Positions 11,857-23,382 of a DNA stretch of 64,000 nt are shown piece by piece; position 1 is the stretch's first letter; every line of letters starts with the position of its first letter. Made by a program: the position numbers and the translations under genes. Under the pieces are notes generated by a model, which did no database searches, was not told the DNA's origin, and saw only the letters and a list, made by a program, of their open reading frames with translations. The DNA is taken from contig NC_087249.1 in assembly GCF_037042905.1 (NCBI RefSeq), forward strand, positions 28,272,001 through 28,336,000, read 5' to 3'. The DNA is from Lytechinus pictus (taxonomy: Eukaryota).

Positions 11857-14800
11857 GTAAGTAGGCCTGCCTTCCTGTAAGATCCTTAGCATCTTGAACT
11901 GATCTTTTATGCCTGCATTCACAGTTAGGTGTCTCATTATACAGGTGTCAACCCTCATCAATCAATAAACAAATCAAAGTCAAGAAAGAGGGGTATATAA
12001 AAAAAAAATCGTTTTTGAATAGTGAACACCTATCATAAAGTGCTATGATGACAGTCTATTATTTACGAAAAAGGGTCACATCATTCGATTGTAAGAAGTT
12101 TAGGTTGATAATAGGCAAAAGTTTCCAATTTATATTTGCTGCAAATAATAGTTGATACTTTACAAAATCTCAGTATTGCAACATACACAAAATAGGATTG
12201 TAAAATAATGTCCCAATGTTTTCTTGCATTATGTGTGTTTTTATTCTTCATTGCCGTTTCAGATATGACCTGAGGAATGTTTCCTGTAATTTCACATAAA
12301 GTTATACATGACTAATAACTATGGACTGAAATAATTATGTAGGGCTATGATATGATGAGGTGCCAAAATGATTCTTGATGTGTTAAAATGTTTTACTCTT
12401 TATCCCAACAACGGAAAATATTACACTTGGTACTAATTTTAGTTAACGATAAGCATGGTATAGCACATGTTTCAATTTAATCAGGGGGCGTTTCATAAAG
12501 TTGTACGTAAGTTAAGAGCGACTTTAAGAACGACTGGTGATCCTTTCTTACGCGCTTAAACATTGCCAATGAAATACCATTTACCACAAGAAAAGACCAC
12601 CAGCCGCCCATAAAGTAGCTCTTATCTTACAAACAGCTTTATGAAACACCCACCTGATGAGATTTTAAATGACCTTGAATCACATTTAAAACACAACTAT
12701 ATTGATATCATTAAGTTAAGTGTAAAGTTATTCGTAGTTTACAGGGGACATTGTGACACCCAACTAGGTCAGACTATCTGCTGCTCTGATGAAAGATAAA
12801 CAAAGTCTATCAATATAAACAAACAAAATAAATGCAAATGTTTCAAGTAATGGTACAGTCTAAAAACTGAAATGTTAAATCAACAATTAAATGGTTGGGG
12901 GAATGACAACCATTTCCAAATGTTCTATCCAACCTGCCTAAAGCTGAATTCAATAATTTAAATGTTGGGTTGAACCATTTAAAGTAGTACATGCAACATT
13001 TAGACAAAGTTGTCACTCTTCCAACCTTTCAGAGGTTGATTTCATATTGAAGTTTTTAGAGTGTAGTAAGTAAATATTCAATTGCAATTTCCCTATCTTT
13101 TATTTGCATGAGGTAAATGAAATCCAACAAAAGTCAGGATTATTTAGCACTAGAATCATTATATTAATTTGTATCAAATGTATCTTGTTATTGATTTACT
13201 TCTTTACAGATATTGACATCAAGATCAAAGGGAAATCGGTAACTCATTGGACCAAAGATGACAAGTCTTTTTCTTCAACGGAATACTTCTTTAAAGATAG
13301 TTGGATATTATACGGTGAAGGTAACTTAGATATTCTGTTTATACATGTATTCTATTAAAAGCATTTTTTGTCTTCATTACGAATTAAATTTGTATTGTTG
13401 TGAGTGACCAATACGATAAACATACAACATTACATGGACTTAACGTATATGAAATTAACTTCCCGATTCTAATTACTATAATTGATAACATAACAAATAT
13501 ACTGGGAGACGGAAAGACAAACACACAAACTCAGGCACACATACCCTCCCAGCGAGAGAGAGAGGGGGTGAGAAAGAGGAAGAGGAGGGAATTAAATAAA
13601 TGGATAAAAGAAATAAAGACATAATTTACACAAAATACATTTTCTGAATTTCTTTTCTAAATCTCAAAACATGGCTCGAATGTGTATTTAATCGGGGGTT
13701 TTGGCACGTAATAATTAAGCTTTTGGTATTGCTTTTATCGATTGAATTACCGACACGCGTTGCAACCAAGGATGTAATAATTACGAGGTTGTTTGAGCAG
13801 TGATTGTCTGAGCACGGTATCAATTATTCTCTTCGTTCGAAATGTAAGCGGCATTCAAAATTCGTTAAGCTGTTCAAGTCTCGAGTGTCACGTGACTAAG
13901 ACGCTGTGTGTTTTATTCAGGGCCCGGGGCGCCACGCATACGGTGCCTCTTATACCCATCAGAGCGTCATGAAATAGCCACTCATGCTACAAATTCATAT
14001 GATGTATAGCCGAAGTATGTATCTGAAGTGGGGAAAGTCAAGTTAATTATCCTGTAATTTCTTTAAAAGCTGAATTTTGACATAAGATGGGCTTAAATGA
14101 TGAAGGATTAGTCCATCCTCATTTTACATGTATGTAAAAGGTATTAAGGTAAAGGTAATATAAATCGATATCGAATATTTACGACCGATTAGATGCATAA
14201 GTCGACTCTGATATTTTGGTCGTTAAATTATGGGTGAACGCAGTTCCACCGCTTGAGCCCTAATTATATCTTGGTTATTTGATAATGATACAGGCACTCA
14301 TAATATCACTGCAGATACATATTCAATATGATCAGTGAAGTTTGATTTTACAAGAAGCATATGAGAGATATATAGGGAGTTTAAAAGTTATTGATATCCT
14401 AGATTTTTTATCATAAGATTATTGTCATTGTGGTTGTGGTCAACGATCACAGAATCAAACTTTAGTAATGTAAATTTTCAATCACGAAATTAATAAATCA
14501 GTAGAAATCAGTGAACGATATTTTTTAATGGAAAAGATATGGCATATATAAATACCAGGTATTGTCGCAGTATCTGTATCTTTTGTGAATTTGTCTCCTT
14601 CGGCACTCCAATGCAAAGCATGATGTTCTTCAAGGGTTTCCCTATCTGCAATATCAATACTTCCCTTCTGTACCAATTTCTTATTAATGAGTGATTATGC
14701 AAATCATAACTGGTATAAAAATATTCATGTATTGACGACTGTTATTTTCAACAGAACTACTTAAACAAAAATATTCCAGTATATTACATGATAAAGTATG

Positions 14801-17800
14801 ATCACTATTCAGAGATTTAGCATGTTTTACTATAAGAGCTATGAACATAACACACCCGCATTATACCCCCACGCACAGGTGTTTCAGCAGCAAGATAATT
14901 CGGTGATCATGACACAGAATGGATGAATCGTGTTTGATCATCTCCATAAACGTACACATTTTAATACATAGGCCTACTGCATATTAGACAGAAAAGGATA
15001 TGTACTAATTTTGTTTTTAACCCATTTTTCGGCTTTCCTGGCAATCTATACCGCCTTTTATTACATACCCTCTCATTTGTACAGTACCCCTACTCTTTCT
15101 CATCCCAACGCATAAATCTCGACTCTGTTTATGTTAGAGATTGGGATGCCGGTCACAAATGCTGGGTTAAAATGCTCGGGGCTAGTTTGAAAATGTCAAT
15201 TAGGTTCTTAACACGTACTATGGATTTCATTTGCAAACGCAAAGATCGTGTAGTTTTAATCCACTTCAGATTCTATATTGATTTTCTCATTGATTCGAAA
15301 TAATAAAGTTTGAATTTGAAATTAAGGAACTGGAATATTTTGTTAATATTTTATTATGATTTCATGACCTATGACTTTGTACTTATGGTTCTTATCTAAA
15401 TATTTGGGCTTAATTACTGCCTTGTTGGTAGGGAAGAGAAAAACGAAGAGGAAAGCAAGTTATTTTCCTAAACGAGTGTCAGTCTCCCTTTTAATTGTAA
15501 ATCAAATTGGAACGTATGATAACTGCTGATGGCAGTTCAAGGATTCATCTGAACATTTGGATTTTGATAATCTCTTCAGTCAAACCTCCAATGGATATTT
15601 TATTTTATTATTTTGGAGGGTATTACTTCTTAGAATAACGCATGACTATATACGAAAAACAGCCTAAATATGAAGAGCTAATACAAAGTAGTCCAGTCTA
15701 CTATCAAATACATTGAAGTTAAAATAGGACTCGGAGGTTGGTTGAAGTTAAACATTATTTGAATTAGTAATACAGTTTAAATTTTCCACAATACTATTAC
15801 AGTTATGATTATATGTAAAGTAATCATTTGGTTAAAACAAACAGAAATAAAATTTGACATTAACCTTGGTAATGTTGGCTATTTTAGACAAAAAAGACAA
15901 GAAATGTAAATGTAAAGAATTTCTTTGTTTGGATGATGGTGCTCTGAAGTTAGTGAATCCCACCAGAAAATGAATATATATCAAGAGTTCAAGTTCTGCC
16001 ATGTTTCAGCTATTTAATTGAAAAGTCAGGTAAAATATGACATTCAATAAATTTTGAATAATGCATGGGCTCACCGAACATTGTAGTGATTTTGCTTACA
16101 TTCAGCACTCAGCATGAAGGACAACACTTTGTGGTAGGGTTCACTAACATTTTAGCACAACTAATTTCCAATAATTTCCTCCTATTAAAAAAGCCTCTTA
16201 ATTTACTATCTATTGTCCACGGCGGACGGCATTTGAATATTAATGAGTCAGAAAGAAGAGGATCGAGGGTATTTGAATTCCAGTTCATCGTGGCTTAGCC
16301 GTGAACCAGAATAGCCTGGTGGTTGAGTCGCTGCTCGGAAAGCAGTAGATGGCAGGTTCGAATCCCACTGGTTCCAATTTTTTCTGACATATGATCTTAC
16401 GATTTTCATTACAGATCGAGCATACTGATCTTATGATTTTCATTACAGATCGAGCATACTGATCTTAAACAAATGGGAGTAATGCCGAAAATTTGTTAAC
16501 AAATTATAATTTCCTCCTATTAAAAAAGCCTCTTAATTTACTATAATTTCCAATAAGTAAATGCATCTAATCAATTTGCCTCCTCTTTTTGGGGTGTATA
16601 GGTGTAAGTATCACACAATCCCTCCATGAGCCCCCTAACTAGTGGTACCGGGACTCTGTCTCATCAATATCTTACATAAAGTCTTCCCGATGGGCTGTGG
16701 GCTTGATGTATCTATCAATAAAACATATCTAACAAACATTCGCAATATGCTTCTAAGACAACCATTGGCTGTAACATCTACATGCTCATATAATTAATCA
16801 TACATTGGGTTCACCCAGTTGAGCGTTTGTCTATGTAAAAATGACCAACAAGTCATATTAAATTCCCAATCAATATTTTTTGCATAATTGTAAAATGTAT
16901 ACTTAGATTATCTCGCCTTTTTTCATTTCACATTGATGTCGGTAAATAAATTCAGCTTTCTTCGTCGTTGGAAGGGATAACATAACTGCATAAATACAAT
17001 TAGTTGTGCAGATTTCGCATTTAAAATCATTGGTTTCACTATTTCTTTGCAGAATAAAAGACGTAGTTACAGGTATGCATTGTTATACTTGCTTTGTTGT
17101 TTAAACTTGGTATAAAAAATTTAAACAATTTGATTAAAAGTTTAAACAACAGTTGTCAAAATGACAGGCTTAGAAAACGTACTTAAAATGTTTAACAGCA
17201 TTTTTACAGTGTAATTACAATGTAGGAGGATTCTGTGATGTTGGTTTTTCATGAAGTGTTTATCTAGAATTCGAAGTACCAAATGATATTTCTGAAAGCT
17301 CCTTTGTTTGTCAAAACCAAAATTTTGATATCTGTCCAATATTCCAAATTAAAATAATACTAATTGTTTGTTAAGAATTAAGGCTATTCAGAATGAATAT
17401 ATTTAATGTATTTCAGATTCAGATGGTATGATTGAAAATTAATGAAAATCGCAATTGGCTTACCGTTGCCATACCGGTCGTAAAGTAACTTGTAATCTTA
17501 CGCTGTGTGAAATAGTTCCCCCTTTTCCTCTATTTTTTAGTCCAGGGAGATAAAAGTCCAAAGACCCTCTCGCCGGGTGAACACAGATTTCCTTTCCAGT
17601 ATCGACTGCCAGACGCCCCTCTACCTCCCGTCATCCGGAAACAATCGGGTGAGGTCAGCTATAACGTCCGGGTAAAGATTCATCGGTTGAATGATAAACC
17701 CGCTCACAAGGTCAAACGTCAGTTCAACATCAGAAGAGATCTAGACCTGAACGTGGTGGAGAATATTATGGTAATAATTAAGGAAGTGTTCAAAATATAA

Positions 17801-20029
17801 ATACAATACCAAGTTAATATTTACTCGTTTATTCTAATTGTCCCCGGTTTTTAAAATGAAAATCGGTATTTTTTTATTTTCGATATTATTCCACAATAAC
17901 AACCTCAAAGCAGATATAGCAAATATGATTCAAACTACGTATCGCAATAATATTGAACGATCTTCTCGATACAAATATTGACCTAAGTGGATAAATAAAC
18001 AGATGACATAGTTGTTAAGTTTTTGAAGGAACATAAATTGTAAAATTTAGACTGAGGGCTCAAACTTTTTGAAATATATCATTAGAAATTGAATATATCA
18101 GAAAGTCAATAGAGGTTGACAGTATTCTAGCATGGTAGAGGAAGGTATAATGGAGCGTTGTGGCCCAGTGGATAAGTCTTCTGACTTTGAAACAGAGGGT
18201 CGTGGGTTCGAATCCCAGCCATGGCGTACTTTCCTTCAGCAAGAAATTTATCCACATTGTGCTGCACTCGACCCAGGTGAGGTGAATGGATACCCGGCAG
18301 GATTAATTCCTTGAATGCATGAGCGCTGAAAGGCAGCTCAAACTAAAGCCGGGGTAATAATAATAATAACAACGCGCCTCGGAATAGAATATTTCTAGAT
18401 AGATGGCGCTATATAAATGCCTATTATTATTATTATTATTATTATTAAGGTAAGTTATACCAGTTAATATGCGAATCTCTCTATTTTTCTATCTCTCCCC
18501 CTCCCCCCTCTCTCTCTCTGTCCCTCTCTCCACTCTCTATCTCTCTATCTGTCTCTCTCTTTCTATAAATATATATGTATGTATATATGCATGTATATTT
18601 ATGAACATAACGATACAAAATTGTCATGATGAACATTGCAATGAGAGTGGTGTTTATTATATATACAATGTTCATAAGAAGATGAATCGTTTCATTTTTA
18701 CACTATAATCATAATCAGTATAATCATAATCATTATTTTTTTCTTTCAATGACAGGACCCAGTGATGAAGGAAAGCACACAAAGTCTGACATCATGTTGT
18801 TGCCATGTCGGGCAAGTCACAGTCATGGTAGGCATTGACAAGGGAGGTTACGCGACTGGGGAGCCTATCATCCTGTCAGGACAGGTGGAAGATGAAGATG
18901 ATAGTACAGATCGCTATGACATCCACGCAGCCCTCGTTCAGGTATCAATCCCCTTCCATGTGGCTCAAAGATTCAAATTCAGTTCGTATTTTTTCATTTC
19001 CAACCGAAGAATAGACAAAATCATTAAATAATAAACATTAGATGTATAACTAAGAATTAATAGTTAACAAATAATTATACAGAATTAGATTTTGTTTTGC
19101 TTTATAGAAAATAATTCATAATAAAAGAAAGATCTGTAAATATCATAAAAATAGATGAAGGCATATTACACTATTATGATATAGAGAACGATTATATATA
19201 TATATATATATTTACAAAATTCTATACAATTTTTTATTTTTTGTTTCATATTCCCAGAATTTTCTCGAAATGGGATAGGGAAGGTGGAGTGTCAGTTCAT
19301 ACATTGATATCGTGATGGAAAACAACTAATGTTCAATTGTGAGTGTATTATTTATATTTTTCATACCAGATTCTTGTAACTAACTTCATATCCACTTTTC
19401 ATGCAGGTTACGACATTCAAATCCAAAGAAAGTACTCTAACGACCCGTGACGTCATGATTACGTCAGTCATGTCAGGTCACGTGTCATGTGAGCCTCGAC
19501 GCCTTTCAAACCAAGCCATCTTCTTGCCCCGAGATTTGTTACCATGTGCCTTCCAAGGATGTTCAAATATTGCTCTTGATTATGAGCTGGAGGTAAAAGG
19601 AAATAAAAAAATCACGATCGATTGTAGTAATAATAAGAGTGATAATAACGTTTTATCTGTATAGCGCTTTATAGGCTTTTGCATAGCTGCAATTAAGGCG
19701 CTTTATATAGCATTTAAGGAATAAACAGTGGGATACCCCTAATGATACACCAAACAAAAAGACACCATTATCATGATACATGTCAATAGCTTTTAAGATA
19801 TCTAGATAACTAAATATTCAAATTAATTTTCTCCACATTACTCAGATCAAAGCCTACCTTGGTGGCAGCAAGCCGGTAGCTTCTCTAATCTTCCCCATCA
19901 TCATCGGTACCATCCCCGTACATCGAACACTCCAGAGACAACCACCACCCCCGCCATTCTCCATAAGACAACTTCCTATGGCATACCAACCAAGACCTAC
20001 AGATATAGAGGGACAGTCCGCCTCATCTA

Positions 20030-20072
<43 letters not shown>

Positions 20073-20634
20073 TGATAATAGTAATAATAATAATAAAAAT
20101 AATAATAATAACAAAAGGAAATGAAAAGGCAAATAATAAAGAATGGGATTTTCAAATGAGGTATTTAGAATAGAAGATTTTGAAGAATGATTCTTTTACG
20201 AAGTAATTGAACGCATACTAAAGTTAGAGACACTGAGTAAATGTACTCTCTGTCAATCGTTGCTTAAAAGAACTTTGGTTGCAAAATGAATATTTTTTGT
20301 TGTTTACAAAAAAAAATCGTTCATATTGAGCATTTCTTTGAATGTACGCTATTTGGCCTTGAATATTATGCCATCTTGATACTAGTAAGGCCTATGAGAA
20401 AAAATGTATTGATGACTTTATAAGAATAATAAAAATAAAAAATAAGAGAAATGAATCACATCATGTTTCTTTCTGTCAGGTCTACCACCAAGCTATGAGA
20501 CTGTGATGAAAGAAAAACAACTAAGACCTACATCACCGTCAGAAGATGAGAAAGAGAGACTATCAGTCGTTTCAGGTAGCACGCCCTCTTCGCCGTTGGT
20601 TCAAGGAGATATGAAACATTATGGCGTATTCTAG
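11715..20634 (+). CDS. Arrestin domain-containing protein (alpha-arrestin, ARRDC family), ~398 aa, 7 exons
   Basis: Exons 11715-11856, 13210-13320, 17541-17770, 18756-18941, 19407-19592, 19846-20032 and 20480-20634 are all GT-AG and phase-consistent (1197 nt). Arrestin-N motifs: FRPGDVMQGFVRV, IKIKGKSVTHWT, PGEHRFPFQYRLP. Arrestin-C motifs: DKGGYATGEPI, CSNIALDYELEI, FPIIIGTIP. The tail contains PPSY. Confidence 0.92.
12482..12656. mobile_element. Short palindromic MITE (GGG..GTTTCATAAAG family)
   Basis: CAGGGGGCGTTTCATAAAGTTGT...ACAGCTTTATGAAACACCCACCTG; related short hairpin elements at ~27444-27600, 28297-28457, 34709-34846 and 50177-50320. Confidence 0.7.
12854..13065. mobile_element. 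Degenerate CACT-ended palindromic MITE
   Basis: TACAGTCTAAAAACT...AGTTTTTAGAGTGTA. Confidence 0.6.
13210..13320 (+). CDS. ARRDC exon 2
   Basis: ttacag|DIDIKIKGKSVTHWTKDDKSFSSTEYFFKDSWILYGE|gtaact. Confidence 0.9.
16162..16555 (+). mobile_element. tRNA-like-containing element with 39-bp direct terminal repeats and an apparent TSD
   Basis: ATAATTTCCTCCTATTAAAAAAGCCTCTTAATTTACTAT at 16171-16209 and 16506-16544; TAATTTCCAATA at 16162 and 16544; internal tRNA-like fold GAACCAG...GGTTCGAATCCCACTGGTTCCA (16303-16377) followed by a T-run. Confidence 0.7.
17541..17770 (+). CDS. ARRDC exon 3
   Basis: ttttag|VQGDKSPKTLSPGEHRFPFQYRLPDAPLPP...RDLDLNVVENIM|gtaata. Confidence 0.9.
18152..18447 (+). mobile_element. 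tRNA-derived SINE, full length, in ARRDC intron 3
   Basis: A box TGGCCCAGTGG, B box GGTTCGAATCCC, core CTCGACCCAGGTG..AATGGATACCCGG, tail GCGCTATATAAATGCC(TAT)n. Confidence 0.88.
18756..18941 (+). CDS. ARRDC exon 4
   Basis: gacag|DPVMKESTQSLTSCCCHVGQVTVMVGIDKGGYATGEPII...HAALVQ|gtatca. Confidence 0.9.
19407..19592 (+). CDS. ARRDC exon 5
   Basis: atgcag|VTTFKSKES...LLPCAFQGCSNIALDYELE|gtaaaa. Confidence 0.9.
19846..20032 (+). CDS. ARRDC exon 6
   Basis: ctcag|IKAYLGGSKPVASLIFPIIIGTIPVHRTLQRQPPPPPF...SASSN|gtaata. Confidence 0.88.
20035..20112. repeat. (AAT)n microsatellite abutting the ARRDC exon 6 donor
   Basis: Direct inspection. Confidence 0.95.
20480..20634 (+). CDS. ARRDC exon 7 (PPxY tail)
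   Basis: gtcag|GLPPSYETVMKEKQLRPTSPSEDEKERLSVVSGSTPSSPLVQGDMKHYGVF*. Confidence 0.88.
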
Positions 20635-21443
20635 TATTTATTTCCTTTTTTCATCAATTTCTCAACGATTTAACAAAAGAGAGACGATTCCGGCACAGCT
20701 TTATTCTGGATACTCGGTGAATGACCAGTCTCCTTAAGAGAATTTTAATACAACATTACATGCAGCAAAGTGAAAGCGATATGTATTTTGAGTTTTTCGA
20801 TCGGAAGAGATATTGTTGTGCAATATGCGTCGTTTGAAATTTTTTGAACATCTCTGCGACATGTATTTTTTCTTGGCAGTGACGAAAAAGGAATATTAAC
20901 AAGTAACCAGCGTGTGTACATCGAATGAAATTCATTCATTATATGACTTTATATCGGGTTTTTCCGCTTCATTTCCAGCGCAATAGAATTACAAATGAAA
21001 AGAGGAATATCAGACTATATTTTTCTACATTTTATTTGTGTCAAAGCAGCTCCTTCAGGAAGCTTCTGTATGATTCTCCTCTTTTGTTTGCTATTGACAA
21101 AAGAACATACGCCGTAGAAAGATGCTGAAGGGATTACAGCGAAGATGCACTGGGAAATTCAGTATTCTGTTGCCTAGCAACATTCCTTAAACGTGAACAT
21201 GACTGTGAATGAAGACATCGAATACAATGCCTTTCCAATTGCAACATGACTCCTTCAGAACATATATGACAACTTCGCGAGAAATTTATAGCATTGCCAA
21301 AAATGCCAGCTGGAGTGCAACACCAAAAGAAAGTATCATCAAATACAAAAAGATCTAAATTGTGTTGTGGCGGATATGTTACCCGAATATTATAAGAAAT
21401 CACAAATACTTGTTGATATTGATAATAGTCAATATTATACAGA

Positions 21444-21616
21444 TATTGCCTACCTAGAGTTTGAATATAACATTTCCTCTCCCCGACGGAGTTATATTTT
21501 TTCCCAAGGGATTATATTTTGCCCGAAGCGCGCAGCGCTGAGGGAAAATATTCTCCCGATGGAAAAATATAGCTTCGGAGCGGAGTTGAAATGTTATTTA
21601 TTAAAAAGATAGCAAT
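21444..21616. repeat. Imperfect palindrome with central GC-rich hairpin (non-autonomous element)
   Basis: Arms ATAACATTTC..TCC...GAGTTATATTTTT / AAAAATATAGCTTC...GGA..GAAATGTTAT surround CCCGAAGCGCGCAGCGCTGAGGG. Confidence 0.65.
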
Positions 21617-21936
21617 ATATGTTATATTATTATATTACAACGCAGTTATATTCACTGAGGTGACGTTAAAACCTAGAATATAACGAATGCGATCCTCGCA
21701 GCTATGGTCACGTGATGGCGTATTGACCTGTCACTGATTCGAATCGACATAACCTATATGTAATATTTCTATATAGTCTTTTCCAAGAGATACAAAGCGC
21801 TTTGAGATGCCATCGCTGGCCAACATACTTGTATAATGTAAATATACAAATTATCAAGTCTGGTGCATACGTAAGGATGTCAGAATAGGTAGTTCTTCTT
21901 GGTAAGCTAAACAGAAGCCTTTCCGAGGGACCAGGT

Positions 21937-22882
21937 CAAGGTTGGCTGATTTAAATCATGATTTAAATCGCTATGATTTAAAAAAATAATTGATTTGAAT
22001 CACTTCCATTGAGACGTGTACAAATGTTTGACATTTTTATTTTTTATTTTTTAAATAGAAAGATTTTATCAATTTTATATCATCAAAATGTGAATAAATG
22101 CTTCGTATCTACTAAAACAATTGAAATCATGTCAATAAAATCAGTTGATCTTGCAATGCAGCCTACAAACGGTTTAACACTTTAACACCCCTACTCCTTT
22201 AAGGCCTCTACTCCACTTTAACTGTGATTAAAAAAAAGAATCATTGATTTAAATCACTTCCATTAATGTACAATGTACAACTCATTATTGTAATTCAAAT
22301 AAACTTGCAACTTTTTCCCAATAAGTCAGCTTTGTAAATCAATGCTTTAAACAGTCAAAAAGCTCCAACCATGGCTCAAATATACCAAAGGAGGTTTGGC
22401 TTGAAAATCAAGAATGTTTCTCTTTCGAGAATGTGATTCTCTGAGTCATGGAATTCTTCCAAAGAAACTGATCCTCATTTCATATTTGAATAGGAACACT
22501 AACTTTGCAGTATTAGCTGTACCAAGGCAGTTCCTCAACTTGGACCAAACCAGTCAGTAGGAGCAAAAGACCATACACGAGAGGATACAGAAACAGTATC
22601 TTCGTCATGACTTACATATTCTATATAAATTCTATTTTGACTTGATTTAATTATGAAATAAAATAGAAGTTAATAATGATTTTAATTGTGAAATGTATGA
22701 TTTTGAAAATGATTTCAGTGTAAGGGTTATATTTTTGGTGTTTCCACTTTTTTTAGAAAATGTTTTTTAATAAAATTTAGAAAAAATTAAAAATCCGATT
22801 TAAATAATAAAAAATCTGCTTTAAATCAAATGAATCCGATTTTATTTGATTACTTTTAAATTAAAAAAAATCGTCAACCCTG
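21937..22882 (-). mobile_element. Degenerate hAT-family element with transposase C-terminal remnant
   Basis: Ends CAAGGTTG...CAACCCTG with subterminal GATTTAAATC repeats. Minus strand ~22480-22575 reads VFCSY*LVWSKLRNCLGTANTAKLVFLFKY, resembling the hAT dimerization domain (ERxFS.FGLVHSKLRNRL...KLVF). Confidence 0.7.
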
Positions 22883-23382
22883 GTCCATAAATGTCGGTTG
22901 ATGGCTTATCAAAAAGCAGTAATGCATCTCTTTTTCGAACTTGGATCGCAGTCTATAAATGAGTCAGAGGAATGATATTTGTAGGTCCTTTCCAAGGGAC
23001 GTGGTAATGAGAATTGATGCTTACCAAAGAGCACTGGTGAATTAATATAGTTTCGAAACTGGATTGCAGGTTACTGATGTTGAGATATCTCGATCATTTT
23101 TTTTTCAATAGTCTTCAGGGCTCAGAACCATCACATCCATCACCGAAACAATATGATGCAGTCACATTTCCCCTACGGCCACCGGATGCTCTTGCAGTTG
23201 ATGACCACACTCCATGCTCTTTGTGGTACAAATTGGCAGACAGACAGTATCATCTCTAGTAAATAAAAGTGTATATTAGAAATAGCATTAATTTTGGCAA
23301 CCTTTGAAAATAATAAATGCAAAGGCGATAAGTGGAATAAGACCAAGTAGGTACCATTTGGTGGTACAACCTTGGTAACATA

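Noticed and set aside
12654-12700. Hammerhead ribozyme cores (CTGATGA) here and at several other positions on both strands
   Set aside because: None that I inspected is followed by a stem II and GAAA with compatible stems I/III; an Infernal search would be definitive.
1991-20634. Assigning the symbols GABBR1/GABBR2 or TXNIP/ARRDC3
   Set aside because: Family membership is clear, but orthology cannot be determined from motifs alone.
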